Shown: piece by piece, positions 9,100 through 19,432 of the stretch
How the letters are laid out: every line of letters begins with the position of its first letter
How positions within the stretch are numbered: position 1 is the first letter of the stretch
Assembly: GCA_016185525.1 (NCBI GenBank)
Contig: JACPNK010000005.1
Span: 28,473-92,472, forward strand
DNA from: Candidatus Yanofskybacteria bacterium
GTDB taxonomy: Bacteria > Patescibacteriota > Minisyncoccia > 2-02-FULL-40-12 > IGHO2-12-FULL-4
DNA: 64,000 bases
Direction: 5' to 3'
Notes under the pieces: model-generated
What the model was told of the DNA's origin: nothing
What the model saw: the letters and a program-made list of their open reading frames with translations, nothing else
Databases searched by the model: none
Made by a program: the position numbers and the translations under genes

Positions 9100-10307
9100 C
9101 CGGGTTTTACTTTATAAAATTTTCTTGGGCCTATTTTAAGAATCGAGCCCTCTTCTTTAATTTCCATATTTTCGTTCCAATTTTCAATAACCTTATCGTC
9201 TAGTCTCACCGCTCCTTGCTCAACAAGTCTTTTGATTTCTCCTTTGGAAACGACGATGCCCGCAATAATACTTGTGTCTAAAATGTTTCCTTTCCACTCA
9301 ATTTCCTCCATTTTTTCGGGAAGTTCATGTTGGCCAAAAACATGCTCAAATTCATTTTTGGCTTTTTGAGCTTCTTTTTCGCCATGGTACATTTTAACCA
9401 ACTCGAAAGATAATTCTTCTTTTGCTTTTTTGGGGTTCTCGCCGTTTTTTAGCCCTGTTTCAATTTCAGCAATTGTTTCATCTGAAAGTTCCGTCGCATA
9501 TTTGAATAAAGGCAAAATTGCGCTGTCAGCCAGAGACATAATCCGGCCGAACATTTCCTGCGCGGAGTCGTTCAACGAAACATAGCGGCCCTCGCTCTCG
9601 CTTTTGTTCATTAGTTTTTTGCCCGTCTCCGAATCTTCTAACAACTTCGTGGTAATAACAATTTTGTCTTTGTTTAGAAACGATTTAACCAAATCCCGGC
9701 CAACCATCATGTTGAAGGTTTGATCTGTGCCGCCAACCTCACCGTCAACTTTCATCGCAACCGAATCATAGCCTTGCATTAAAGGATAAAGAAATTCTTC
9801 CAATGTAACCGGCCTGTCTTCGGCCATTCTTCTTTGAAACATGTCCCTGGCAATCATTTGCTGAACGGTTACTTGTCGGGCAAGTTTTCTTATTTCGTTA
9901 AAATTCAATTTGCCAAGCCATCTGCTGTTATGCCTCAAATCAAAAGAGCCTTTCGGTAAGATTTTTACCGCCTGTTTTAAATAAGTCTTCATATTGCTTT
10001 CAACTTCTTTAACTGTCAAAGACTTGCGGGCAGTATCTTTGCCGGTGGGATCGCCTGTTTGAGCGGTAAAGTCGCCGATTAACAAAATAACTTTATGTCC
10101 CAAACCAATCAGCTTCTTCAAAACAAAAAAATTAGTGGTGTGGCCAAGATGAAGGTCTGGTCCGGTAGGGTCAACGCCCAGATAAAAAGTCAGACGTTTG
10201 CCGCTTGCCATCAACTCCAAAGCCCTTTCTTTGGAAGGAAAAACAGCTTCCACGTATCTTCCAAAAACTTCGTTAATTTTACTTTTATCAGTAACAATTT
10301 CCGCCAT
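9093..10307 (-). CDS. tyrS: Tyrosine--tRNA ligase
   Basis: YLGVDPTGPDLHLGH (HIGH), YPLMQGYDS, GGTDQTFN, KLMNKS (KMSKS-like), C-terminal S4 domain. Confidence 0.96.
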   Translation of the reverse strand: MAEIVTDKSKINEVFGRYVEAVFPSKERALELMASGKRLTFYLGVDPTGPDLHLGHTTNFFVLKKLIGLGHKVILLIGDFTAQTGDPTGKDTARKSLTVKEVESNMKTYLKQAVKILPKGSFDLRHNSRWLGKLNFNEIRKLARQVTVQQMIARDMFQRRMAEDRPVTLEEFLYPLMQGYDSVAMKVDGEVGGTDQTFNMMVGRDLVKSFLNKDKIVITTKLLEDSETGKKLMNKSESEGRYVSLNDSAQEMFGRIMSLADSAILPLFKYATELSDETIAEIETGLKNGENPKKAKEELSFELVKMYHGEKEAQKAKNEFEHVFGQHELPEKMEEIEWKGNILDTSIIAGIVVSKGEIKRLVEQGAVRLDDKVIENWNENMEIKEEGSILKIGPRKFYKVKPGK

Positions 10308-10395
10308 GTTTCAATAATACTCTTTGGCTCTGTTTTATTCAAATATCACAAGCCAAAGCGTTGAAAAAATCCTCCTTTTATGGCAAAATGGTCAG

Positions 10396-12495
10396 ATGTT
10401 TAAATCTTTTTTACTTACCTTTTTTTTGTTGCTGGTAATCGGGCTCGTCTTGGCTGCCGCCTTGTTTTTGTATGTGGCAAAAGATCTGCCTGGCCCTGAA
10501 ACCATAATCTCAAGAAGAGTCAGTGAATCTACCAAAATTTATGACAGAACCGGCAATACTGTTTTATACGATATCCACGGCGAAGAAAAAAGAACTATTG
10601 TCCCTTGGGAAAAAATGCCTGAAAATATAAAGCTCGCCACGCTAGCTTCGGAAGATTCTTCTTTTTATTCCCATCAAGGATTGGACTTTAAGGGCATCAT
10701 CCGGGCTTTTATAAGAAATATTTCTGAATTTAGAATTTCTCAAGGCGGTTCAACGATCACCCAGCAACTGATAAAAAACGCTCTGCTTGGCGACCAGCGC
10801 CAAAACTTTTTTTCCGTTACATCAAGAAAAATAAAAGAAGCGCTGCTTTCAATAGAAATAGAACGCAAATTTTCAAAAGACCAGATTTTCTGGATGTATC
10901 TGAATCAGATACCTTACGGCTCTAACTCTTACGGCATTGAGGCAGCCAGCCAAACTTTTTTTGGGAAGCAAGCAGACAGTCTCTCTCTCGCTGAAGCCGC
11001 CTTGCTGGCCGCTTTGCCCAAGGCGCCTTCTTACTATTCTCCTTACGGCGAACGTCTGGACGAAGCTCTGAAAAGAAAAAATAGCATCTTAGAGAAAATG
11101 TTCCTTCTTGATTACATCGATGAGAACCAATACAACACCGCAATCAACGAAAAGCTTAGTTTTAAGCCTTCACGGGAAAACATCATAGCTCCGCATTTTG
11201 TGATTTTAGTAAAAGATTATTTGATAAAAAAATATGGAGAAGAAATGGCGGAAAACGGCGGATTAAAAATATTTACAACTCTTGATTACGATCTCCAAAA
11301 AATCGCTGAACAGGCAATAAACAGCCATGCAGAAAAAAATGAAAAGCAGTATAAAGCAAAGAATGCCGCTTTAACGGCAATAAACCCCCGTACAGGCCAA
11401 ATTCTTGCGATGGTCGGCTCAAGGGACTATTTTGATTTGGCCAATGAGGGCAACTTTAATGTTGCGACAGCAAGACGCCAGCCCGGATCATCTTTCAAAC
11501 CTTTTGCTTATGCTGTAGCGATGGAGAAAGGATATACCGACTCAACGATACTTTTTGATTTTAAAACAGAATTTAATCCCCAATGCCTCGCTGACAGCAG
11601 TCAGGAAAAAGACTCATTTGGATTAGACTGCTATCACCCTCAAAACTATGACGGGAGATTCCGGGGGCCGGTAACAATGCGCCAAGCTCTAGCTCAGTCT
11701 CTCAATGTGCCTTCCGTAAAAACCCTATACCTGGCCGGCGTAGACGACACAATCAACTTCGCCCAAAGAATGGGCATTTCTACACTTGAAGAAAACCGTA
11801 AAAATTTTGGCCTCTCTTTGGTTTTGGGGGGGGCTGAAGTAAAACTGATTGACATGGTTTCTGCTTATGGGGCATTCGCTAACGATGGAATACGTCAATC
11901 CCCCGCTTCAATATTGAAAATAGAAGATTCCGAAGGAAATGTTTTAGAAGAATACAAACCAAAAGAGGAAAGAGCAGTTGAACCCCAAATAGCGCGAACC
12001 ATTACCAGCATACTTTCCGACAATTCATCGCGTACGGCTGTTTTTGGCGCCAATAGCAGTCTCTATTTTCCCGACAGGCCCGTTGCCGCAAAAACCGGGA
12101 CCACTCAAGAAAACAGGGATGCCTGGGTTCTTGGATATACACCCTCGCTAAGCGTAGGCGTTTGGGTCGGCAACAATGATAATACCTCAATGACCAGGCA
12201 AGGCGCCGGCATCTCTGCTTCCGGACCTATTTGGCATGAGTTCCTGGCCGCAGCTCTAAAAGAAAGTACGCCTGAAGAATTTATACAGCCGGATCCGGTA
12301 GAAGTAGATAAAATAATGCTTAATGGCTCTTACTTGCCGGCAAACCCGGAAGACTCAAAAGAAATACACAGCATTTTATACTATCTAAAAAAGGATGACC
12401 CAAGAGGCGATTCTCCTTCAGACCCTTTCCAAGATTCTCAATTTAAAAACTGGGAAGAGATTGTTAGAATAAACTTCAATTTGACCGGAAACTAA
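10396..12495 (+). CDS. Class A penicillin-binding protein (transglycosylase/transpeptidase)
   Basis: EDSSFYSHQG, QGGSTITQQLIKN, RKIKE, RQPGSSFKP, SLN, KTGT; start placed at ATG 10396 from promoter position. Confidence 0.93.
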   Translation: MFKSFLLTFFLLLVIGLVLAAALFLYVAKDLPGPETIISRRVSESTKIYDRTGNTVLYDIHGEEKRTIVPWEKMPENIKLATLASEDSSFYSHQGLDFKGIIRAFIRNISEFRISQGGSTITQQLIKNALLGDQRQNFFSVTSRKIKEALLSIEIERKFSKDQIFWMYLNQIPYGSNSYGIEAASQTFFGKQADSLSLAEAALLAALPKAPSYYSPYGERLDEALKRKNSILEKMFLLDYIDENQYNTAINEKLSFKPSRENIIAPHFVILVKDYLIKKYGEEMAENGGLKIFTTLDYDLQKIAEQAINSHAEKNEKQYKAKNAALTAINPRTGQILAMVGSRDYFDLANEGNFNVATARRQPGSSFKPFAYAVAMEKGYTDSTILFDFKTEFNPQCLADSSQEKDSFGLDCYHPQNYDGRFRGPVTMRQALAQSLNVPSVKTLYLAGVDDTINFAQRMGISTLEENRKNFGLSLVLGGAEVKLIDMVSAYGAFANDGIRQSPASILKIEDSEGNVLEEYKPKEERAVEPQIARTITSILSDNSSRTAVFGANSSLYFPDRPVAAKTGTTQENRDAWVLGYTPSLSVGVWVGNNDNTSMTRQGAGISASGPIWHEFLAAALKESTPEEFIQPDPVEVDKIMLNGSYLPANPEDSKEIHSILYYLKKDDPRGDSPSDPFQDSQFKNWEEIVRINFNLTGN

Positions 12496-12506
12496 TTTAG
12501 AGTTTA

Positions 12507-12791
12507 TTACTTTACAATTATTTTTTTTACAGCAAATTTGGCTTTTTCATTCATCTGCCTGATAATCTCCGTCTGTCTTAAATGTATTTCTTGAGCAAGA
12601 GATTTGTTTTTTGTTTCTAAAAAGATTGAATCTTTTTTCAAATAAAAACTTTTAATATACTTAAAAGCTTTTTCTTTCTCAAATATTTTTGTTAGCGCTT
12701 CTTTGAATAGTTGTCTAAAAATTTTGTCCTGTTTTTCTTTTTCTTCCAAACCTTTTTTTAAGCCATCTAACCTCTTTTTTAAAAGTTCCAT
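12507..12791 (-). CDS. Probable DciA (DUF721) helicase-loading protein
   Basis: 94 aa directly downstream of dnaN; pattern 'IFLETKNKSLAQEIHL...IIRQMN...VKKIIV' resembles DUF721. Confidence 0.55.
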   Translation of the reverse strand: MELLKKRLDGLKKGLEEKEKQDKIFRQLFKEALTKIFEKEKAFKYIKSFYLKKDSIFLETKNKSLAQEIHLRQTEIIRQMNEKAKFAVKKIIVK

Positions 12792-12799
12792 TATAAGTT

Positions 12800-13891
12800 C
12801 TAATTCCTTAAAGGCATGATTAAATAAGTAACATCTTTTCTTTCTTCGGGTCTTATTATTAAAGGGTTGCCTTCTCCCGTAAATTCTAAAACAACATTAT
12901 CTGTAGGAATAACTTTTAGACCGTCCATTAAGTACCTATAATTTACCATCACCTCAAAAGGTTCATCCTTAACAATAGCGCTATTAATCCAGGAAGAAGC
13001 TTCTCCTTTGTCCGTATTTTTGGCGGCAATCCTCAAGCCTTCGCTTTCACCCTTTATTTTAATGTCGGAAATATGAGACGAAAAAATTCCAGCTAAACGT
13101 ACGCTTTTTTCTATTTCTTCTTTCTTTACAAGTACTCTTGATATCCGCCTCTCTGGTATAACTTTTTTATAGTCCGGATAAGAACCGTCTATAAGCCTTG
13201 AAACAATTTCTAAATCTTCGGAGACAAAGAAAATCTGATTGTCTGAAATTGAAATAGTAATATTTTCCAGTCCCGGAAGTATTCTGATCAACTCTTGCGC
13301 TGTTACTCTTGGAAGAATGATGCTTTGTTCTGCTTTGTTATTTTTTATATTTAAGACTTTTTCAGCCAACCTGAAACTGTCAGTCGCCGCCCCCTCAATT
13401 TTGTCAGCAGAAAAATTAATTAAAATACCTGACAACTCTGGCCTGCTTTCTGATAAAGAAACCGAGTCAATGACAGTCAGTAGTATTTCCAAAAATTCTT
13501 GTGACGGAACTTTAATAAAACCGTTTTCTTTTACTCTTGGTATGATTGGAAAATCTTTGGTCGGAAAACCGATAATTTTAGTTTTGTAGTTATCAGAGTT
13601 TATTGAAATAATATGTTCTTTGGAATTTATGGTAATTTTTTCGTCATGTATATTATCAATAAAATCAGAAAATATTTTTGCCGGCACTGCTATTTCACCA
13701 TCCTCTTCAATTTTTGCTCCAATCCAAGAATTAATCCCAATTTCAAGGTTAGTTGATGATATTTTCAATCTGCCGTTTTCTGTTTTAAGAACAATGTTTT
13801 GGAGTACCGGTAAAGCAAGATTTCTGGAAACGATCCTTTCTACCAAAGTCAGGCTTCTTTTAAGATTTTTTTGATTAACCGCGATAATCAT
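12800..13891 (-). CDS. dnaN: DNA polymerase III beta clamp
   Basis: STNLEIGI, AATDSFRLAE, SRLIDGSYPDY, YLIMPLR; adjacent to dnaA. Confidence 0.97.
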   Translation of the reverse strand: MIIAVNQKNLKRSLTLVERIVSRNLALPVLQNIVLKTENGRLKISSTNLEIGINSWIGAKIEEDGEIAVPAKIFSDFIDNIHDEKITINSKEHIISINSDNYKTKIIGFPTKDFPIIPRVKENGFIKVPSQEFLEILLTVIDSVSLSESRPELSGILINFSADKIEGAATDSFRLAEKVLNIKNNKAEQSIILPRVTAQELIRILPGLENITISISDNQIFFVSEDLEIVSRLIDGSYPDYKKVIPERRISRVLVKKEEIEKSVRLAGIFSSHISDIKIKGESEGLRIAAKNTDKGEASSWINSAIVKDEPFEVMVNYRYLMDGLKVIPTDNVVLEFTGEGNPLIIRPEERKDVTYLIMPLRN

Positions 13892-14139
13892 AATAATGAT
13901 ATAAAGATTTATTATTACTATTATTAAGAGGGTTGTAACTGGGGATAACAGTTAAAAAACATTGATAAATAAAGTTTTTAAAAGGTTTTGCTTATAGGAA
14001 ATAATGTTGATAATTATTTAATAACCTTGGTAAAAAAATAGAGTAACTTCCAAAAAAGACTGGCAGATTAAAAGTTATTCTTAAATTATCGCCTATTAAT
14101 CCCAAAAATATTAACAGCTATATCAACAAGCATTTTAAC
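13892..14139. other. Probable replication origin (oriC) region
   Basis: AT-rich dnaA-dnaN spacer with degenerate DnaA boxes: TGGGGATAA 13940, TGTTGATAA 14005, ATATCAACA 14120. Confidence 0.65.
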
Positions 14140-15504
14140 TTACTTATCAAAAGATTGGTATATTCTTTCTTTAATTAAAACAATTTCCTGTTTTGTAATT
14201 TCATCCGTTTCTTCTTCAGTTTTCACTTTTTCATAAGCGTGAATTACCGTGGAATGGTCTCTGCCTCCCAATTTCTGGCCGATCTCCGGAAAAGATGATT
14301 TAGTCTCTTCTCTTAGTAAGTACATAGCAATCTGTCTGGGTCTTACCACCTCTTTCTTGCGGCTTCTTTTTATCAAATCGTTTGGCGAAATGTTATAGAA
14401 ATCAGAGACAGATTTTAAAATTAATTGAGGGGTGGTTTTTTTGTATGGCGTACTCAAGTAAGTCGCAAGCAGTTTTTTGACTTCTTTAACATCCAGATTT
14501 TTGTTATAAATCTGGCTTACGGCGATGATTCTGTTTAAAGCGCCTTCCAGTTCTCTTATATTTTTTTGTATGTTTGTTGCTATGTAACCCAAAACGTTTT
14601 CATCTAAAGCGATGTCTTTTTGTTTTGTTTTCAGTTTCAAAATAGCCAGTCTCGTTTCAAAATCCGGTGTGTTTATGTCGGCAATCATTCCTCCTTCAAA
14701 ACGAGATCTGAGCCTTTCTTCCAATGCAGGTATGGCTTTAGGCGGACGGTCTGATGACAAAATAATCTGTTTGTTTTTCCCATACAGCTCGTTGAAGGTT
14801 GCAAAAAAGATATCTTGGGTTTTTTCTTTTCCGGCTATAAACTGAATATCATCAACAATAAGCATGTCCAGTTTTGCATATTTGCTTTTAAGTTCTTCAA
14901 CATTTTTGTTTCTTACAGACTCAACAATTTCAGCCGTAATTCTTTCGGAAGGGATATAAAGGACTTTTTTGGTCGGATCGTCTTCTAAAATCTTATTGCC
15001 GGTAGCTTGCAGCAAATGAGTTTTTCCCAGACCGACTCCGCCATAAATGAATAAAGGATTATAGGCTTTGCCAAGATTTTTGGCGACAGCCGAACTTGCG
15101 GCATGAGCCAGCTCGTTGTGAGAGCCGACTATAAAAGAATCAAAAGAATATTTTTTGTTTAAGTTTGTTTGAGGATTAATGTCAGCAGGCTGTTTGTTTT
15201 CAAATACCCTCTCTGTGATGAATTGGGAAAAGTCCTTTTTGACGTTTGATTGAGGCAAACTGTTGCCGATAGTGTAACTAATCTCTCTAATTTCCGGAGA
15301 AAAAGTTTGTATAGAAGTCAGTATTTGTTTATGGAATTTGTTTTCTAACCATTCTTTGATAAATCCATTAGGAACTCCGACTATAACCGAAGTCCCTTCA
15401 TTGGCTAATATGGAAGTGTTTTTAAACCAGGTAGTAAAGTTGGCCTTGGAAAGAGAAAGCTCCATCTCTCCCAAAACAGCTTTCCACAATTCTTCTTTGG
15501 TCAT
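14140..15504 (-). CDS. dnaA: Chromosomal replication initiator DnaA
   Basis: YNPLFIYGGVGLGKTHL, DDIQF, RLRSRF, NIRELEGAL, GGRDHSTVIHA. Confidence 0.98.
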   Translation of the reverse strand: MTKEELWKAVLGEMELSLSKANFTTWFKNTSILANEGTSVIVGVPNGFIKEWLENKFHKQILTSIQTFSPEIREISYTIGNSLPQSNVKKDFSQFITERVFENKQPADINPQTNLNKKYSFDSFIVGSHNELAHAASSAVAKNLGKAYNPLFIYGGVGLGKTHLLQATGNKILEDDPTKKVLYIPSERITAEIVESVRNKNVEELKSKYAKLDMLIVDDIQFIAGKEKTQDIFFATFNELYGKNKQIILSSDRPPKAIPALEERLRSRFEGGMIADINTPDFETRLAILKLKTKQKDIALDENVLGYIATNIQKNIRELEGALNRIIAVSQIYNKNLDVKEVKKLLATYLSTPYKKTTPQLILKSVSDFYNISPNDLIKRSRKKEVVRPRQIAMYLLREETKSSFPEIGQKLGGRDHSTVIHAYEKVKTEEETDEITKQEIVLIKERIYQSFDK

Positions 15505-15643
15505 TTTAAGGGGTTTTAATTAACCTAATTCTAAGCTAAACAGCCAAAATTAAGAACAGAGCGTTTTAGTTTATAAATTGTTTATAAAAAGTGGATGACC
15601 GTGCGGCATTGACGGAAGAAAATAATTTACCTATAGTTGATTA

Positions 15644-15781
15644 ATGAAATCAACCTTATATCGTCCTAAAACTAAAAAAAGGAAAAATAAACACGGATTT
15701 TTAAAAAGATCGCAGAAAAAAGCTGGGCGAAAAGTGCTGTTAAGGCGCCGACGCAAAGGCAGGCACAAGCTTACTGTTTAA
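15644..15781 (+). CDS. rpmH: 50S ribosomal protein L34
   Basis: Manual translation MKSTLYRPKTKKRKNKHGFLKRSQKKAGRKVLLRRRRKGRHKLTV; below the ORF track cut-off; canonical position. Confidence 0.95.
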   Translation: MKSTLYRPKTKKRKNKHGFLKRSQKKAGRKVLLRRRRKGRHKLTV

Positions 15782-15793
15782 GCTGAAAATGAC

Positions 15794-16135
15794 ATGGCTT
15801 TACCTAAAAAGCATAGAATCAAGAGCAGAAAAGATTTAGATCGGGTTTTTAAAGCAGGCAGAAGTTTTAGAAGCCGCCTATTGCTGGTAAAAGTATCTAA
15901 GAACAGTTTTCCGTTTTGCCGGGGAGCCGTAATTGTTCCGTCAAAATTTATCCAAAACGCAGTTTTACGAAACAAGATTAAAAGAATCATTTTTAGCGTT
16001 TTGGCATCAGCTTTTACTTTTTGTAAAGTACATGTTGATGTTGTTGTTGTCGTCCAAGCAAGCTTCAAAGAAAATAAATTTTTGGAAGCCAAGGAAAGTC
16101 TATTAGAAATTTTTAGAAAAGCCAATATTGTCTAG
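15794..16135 (+). CDS. rnpA: Ribonuclease P protein component
   Basis: LPKKHRI..., NAVLRNKIKR (RNR motif), follows rpmH. Confidence 0.9.
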   Translation: MALPKKHRIKSRKDLDRVFKAGRSFRSRLLLVKVSKNSFPFCRGAVIVPSKFIQNAVLRNKIKRIIFSVLASAFTFCKVHVDVVVVVQASFKENKFLEAKESLLEIFRKANIV

Positions 16136-16144
16136 CCTTGTTAA

Positions 16145-16402
16145 TTGATGTCTAATAAAATTTTAAACAACAAACTGCTTGTGAAAATATTGCAAGAGAC
16201 GGCGAGAGTTTATAAAAAAAATTTTTCTTATTTGTTGGCAGTGTCTCCTCATCTTTTTTTTCCGACAAGCTGCAGATTCTATCCTACCTGTTCCGAGTAT
16301 TTTGCCGAAGCTATTGGAGAACAGGGTTTGATCAAAGGCTCAATTTTAAGTTTAAAAAGAATAAGCAAGTGCAATCCTTTAGGCGGCCAAGACTTGAATT
16401 AA
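16145..16402 (+). CDS. yidD: Membrane protein insertion efficiency factor YidD
   Basis: [10 protein letters not shown]...RISKCNP. Confidence 0.92.
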   Translation: MMSNKILNNKLLVKILQETARVYKKNFSYLLAVSPHLFFPTSCRFYPTCSEYFAEAIGEQGLIKGSILSLKRISKCNPLGGQDLN

Positions 16403-16403
16403 T

Positions 16404-17138
16404 ATGTCAGCCATTTTTAACGAGGCTTTATATCGGCCAATATTTAATTTTTTGGTTTTTATCTACAATCTGATTCCAGGATCCGATTTCGGTTTGGCAA
16501 TTATAGTTCTGACGTTATTGGTAAGGTTGATTTTTATGCCGCTGTCTGTCAAAGCGCTGCGTTCACAAAAGCTGATGGCCAGGCTTCAGCCGAAAATTAA
16601 AGAGTTGCAGATGAAACACAAAGATGACAAGGCCGCCCAAGCCCAAGCAGTCATGGCTCTTTACAAGGAAAATAAAGTTAATCCGGCTTCCGGTTGTTTG
16701 CCTCTCATAGTCCAGCTTCCCGTGTTGTTTGCTTTATATAAGGCTTTTGCCAACGGCTTTAAACCGGAGAGTTTGGGCCTGCTCTACGGTTTTATAAGTA
16801 ACCCTGATGCTATAAACAGCATCTCTTTTGGTTTTTTTGATTTGTCAAAAAACAGCCCTATTCTTGCCGTTATCTCCGGCGCTTTTCAGTTTTTGCATTC
16901 CAAACTTAGTTTCGCGAAGCAGGAATCTGATAAAAACTTAGACGCAGGAAGCTCTCTGAAAAGTAGTTTTGATATGGGAGCGATGAATAAACAAATGTTG
17001 TATTTTTTTCCGATAATGATTATAATTATTGGCTGGAAGTTGCCAGCCGGACTTGTTTTATATTGGGCGGTTACTACTTTGTTTTCAACGTTTGAGCAGT
17101 TATATATAAACAAAAAATTTCCCAATCTGCCCAGCTAA
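16404..17138 (+). CDS. yidC: Membrane protein insertase YidC (short form)
   Basis: FGLAIIVLTLLVR, LQPKIKELQ, NPASGCLPLIVQLP, PAGLVLYW. Confidence 0.95.
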   Translation: MSAIFNEALYRPIFNFLVFIYNLIPGSDFGLAIIVLTLLVRLIFMPLSVKALRSQKLMARLQPKIKELQMKHKDDKAAQAQAVMALYKENKVNPASGCLPLIVQLPVLFALYKAFANGFKPESLGLLYGFISNPDAINSISFGFFDLSKNSPILAVISGAFQFLHSKLSFAKQESDKNLDAGSSLKSSFDMGAMNKQMLYFFPIMIIIIGWKLPAGLVLYWAVTTLFSTFEQLYINKKFPNLPS

Positions 17139-17147
17139 GTTACTAAA

Positions 17148-17666
17148 ATGAACGAAAACTTAAACGAAAAAATAGATGAAAAGCCTGTAATTTTAGAAAA
17201 CGTTACCAAAGACGTTCTGGATAAACTTGGTTATCAGGCGGAAGTAAATATTTTTTCAAATGAAAAAGATCAAAACTTAAAAGTTGTGGCGATAAATTCA
17301 AGTGAGGACTTAAGCGCTTTGATAGGAAAAAACGGGCAGAACATAAAAGCGGTTGAGCATGTGATTAAGCTATTGTATTTTAAAAGGTCAAATTTTTTAA
17401 ACGATAATTCTGCATCCCTTAAGCCGTTTGCTTTTATGGTTGATATTAACGACTACAGAAAGCTAAGGGTTCAACAAGTGATAGAAAAGGCTTTAGGCGT
17501 GGCAAACAGAGTCAAGGTTACAAAGAAAGCTGAAGCTTTGGATCCCATGTCCTCCTATGAAAGACGCTTAATTCACGTTGAGCTGGCCTCTCACCCGGAC
17601 CTGGAGACAGAGAGTATCGGTGAGGAGCCGGAAAGAAGAGTAGTCATCCGTCCTCTGATAATATAA
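17148..17666 (+). CDS. Jag/KhpB-like RNA-binding protein (KH + R3H)
   Basis: LIGKNG KH motif; PMSSYERRLIH R3H; ESIGEEPERRVVI. Confidence 0.88.
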   Translation: MNENLNEKIDEKPVILENVTKDVLDKLGYQAEVNIFSNEKDQNLKVVAINSSEDLSALIGKNGQNIKAVEHVIKLLYFKRSNFLNDNSASLKPFAFMVDINDYRKLRVQQVIEKALGVANRVKVTKKAEALDPMSSYERRLIHVELASHPDLETESIGEEPERRVVIRPLII

Positions 17667-17703
17667 AGTAATAAAAACTTGGACTAGACAATCCAAGTTT
17701 TTA

Positions 17704-18795
17704 TTAAAGGCTGATAGCGTAAAGATACTGGTCGTAGCCGTTTGTGAAAAAGATGAAATTTTCTGTTGGGGATAAAAAGGGTTTTTCAATACTAATAGAG
17801 TCGGCAGAATTGGACTGGAATACTAAACCAAATTCTTTTTTGTTCAGGTCAAATTCGTAAAGGCCTTCCTCTTCGCTATCAGCTTTGGTTCCTCCGCAAT
17901 AAAACTTTTGTGAATTTAAACGCCAAACACATTTTCCGGCATTTGTCCGCAGGTCAGTTTCCATACTCTCGTAATTCCCGTCTTTAATCCGAATTATATT
18001 TGTAACCGGGCCGATCCCCTCTTTATTGTAAGAATAAATCAAACTTAAACCGTCAGGAGACCAAAGAGTTTTCAAATTATCGTATGATTCTAGAATTTTT
18101 TCCAGTTCCCCAGTTTCTTTGTTTAACAAAAGTAAGCTTTTATCTGCTCCGCTTGGACTGTGGAAAGCGATGATGTCTTTACTTGGCCAGGTAATTTTTA
18201 GTTGGCCATTTCTGGTGGGCAGGATGTTTTTAAAAGACGAGCCGTCAGGGTTGGCAATACTGATATTTCCTTCTTCAGTCGTGGGTTCAAAAAATAGGTA
18301 GGCTATTTTTTGGCCGTCAGGCGACCAAGTTATGCCGGACATTTTAGCATTTAAGCTTACCAAGTCCTTATTTTTTAAGTCAAACAAACTTAAGGTTTGT
18401 CCGCGGGGAGTTTTTTTTGCCACAATCGCTTGACGGCCGTTTTTTGACCAGACGGCTTCGGTTATATTTTCTTTTATCTCGCCGGTAATAATTTGAGTGT
18501 TTTGGCCAGTAAAGTCGCTGGAGAAAATTTTGCCGGTGTCTTTCTCAAAATAAATAAGATTTCTGCCGTCTTCAGAAACAGTCGGCCCTATAACCTTGAC
18601 ACTGCTTAAGCGATTCAATTTTGCCACAACGCTTTTTTCCGGTCCGGTCTTGCCGGAGAAACTGGAGAAGCGGCTTAACCCCGCTATGTTGGCAGTTTGT
18701 CCGGTATTCTTGTTTGCCAAAAGATAGCCTCCTAAAAAAGTAATCAAGCCGAAGAGAATTGCTATTAGTATTATTAAAATCTTTTTTTGGTTCAT
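17704..18795 (-). CDS. Membrane-anchored TolB-like beta-propeller protein
   Basis: N-terminal TM; repeated WSPDG/WSKNG motifs. Confidence 0.7.
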   Translation of the reverse strand: MNQKKILIILIAILFGLITFLGGYLLANKNTGQTANIAGLSRFSSFSGKTGPEKSVVAKLNRLSSVKVIGPTVSEDGRNLIYFEKDTGKIFSSDFTGQNTQIITGEIKENITEAVWSKNGRQAIVAKKTPRGQTLSLFDLKNKDLVSLNAKMSGITWSPDGQKIAYLFFEPTTEEGNISIANPDGSSFKNILPTRNGQLKITWPSKDIIAFHSPSGADKSLLLLNKETGELEKILESYDNLKTLWSPDGLSLIYSYNKEGIGPVTNIIRIKDGNYESMETDLRTNAGKCVWRLNSQKFYCGGTKADSEEEGLYEFDLNKKEFGLVFQSNSADSISIEKPFLSPTENFIFFTNGYDQYLYAISL

Positions 18796-18838
18796 TTCTG
18801 TTAAGTCTAGCTTATCATGCTATTTATACTGCTTCAAA

Positions 18839-19429
18839 TTAACGTTTTATTAACTTTAAGGCAGATTTGGCAACAGCCAGCTTTTGGATCAAGGGAGCTT
18901 CTTTATTTTTTTCAATACTGGCCGCAACACTGAAAGCTTTAGAGGCAACCTTAAGTTCGGCTGATACAGGCGAAGGGATGTAAGAGGCAATCTTTAATCC
19001 TTTTTCTATGCGTGACATTAATTTAGGACGCGAAGCAATAAAACTCCAAGTAAGCAAGATAGTTCGCAAGGGAAGGATATTAAGAATTGGAACTGACTCT
19101 ATAAATAAAGCGCTAACCAGTTTTTTCCATTGTTTCCGACCGGCACGAGTAAATCCTAAAGTCACGAACAGTATGAAGTCAATAAATAGTCCTGTAAGCC
19201 AACCAATTGTGCCTACTGTGAATATTTCAATTAGGTCGGCAATAATACTTAATAATAAAGCAAAAATAAAAACCAACCAACCCATTTGGTCTTTTTTTTG
19301 CTGTTGCTTTTTGGCTTCTTCTTCGCTTGCTCGTCGCTCTTGAGCCAGCAATTCAGGGTTTCTAACGGCATCTAACTCTTGTGCTCTATACTCGTCTTGT
19401 TCGTCGTATGAATTAGTTTCTTGGTTCAT
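18839..19429 (-). CDS. Hypothetical membrane protein of the T4SS-like cluster
   Basis: 196 aa with central hydrophobic helices; directly downstream of the VirB4-like gene. Confidence 0.65.
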   Translation of the reverse strand: MNQETNSYDEQDEYRAQELDAVRNPELLAQERRASEEEAKKQQQKKDQMGWLVFIFALLLSIIADLIEIFTVGTIGWLTGLFIDFILFVTLGFTRAGRKQWKKLVSALFIESVPILNILPLRTILLTWSFIASRPKLMSRIEKGLKIASYIPSPVSAELKVASKAFSVAASIEKNKEAPLIQKLAVAKSALKLIKR

Positions 19430-19432
19430 GGT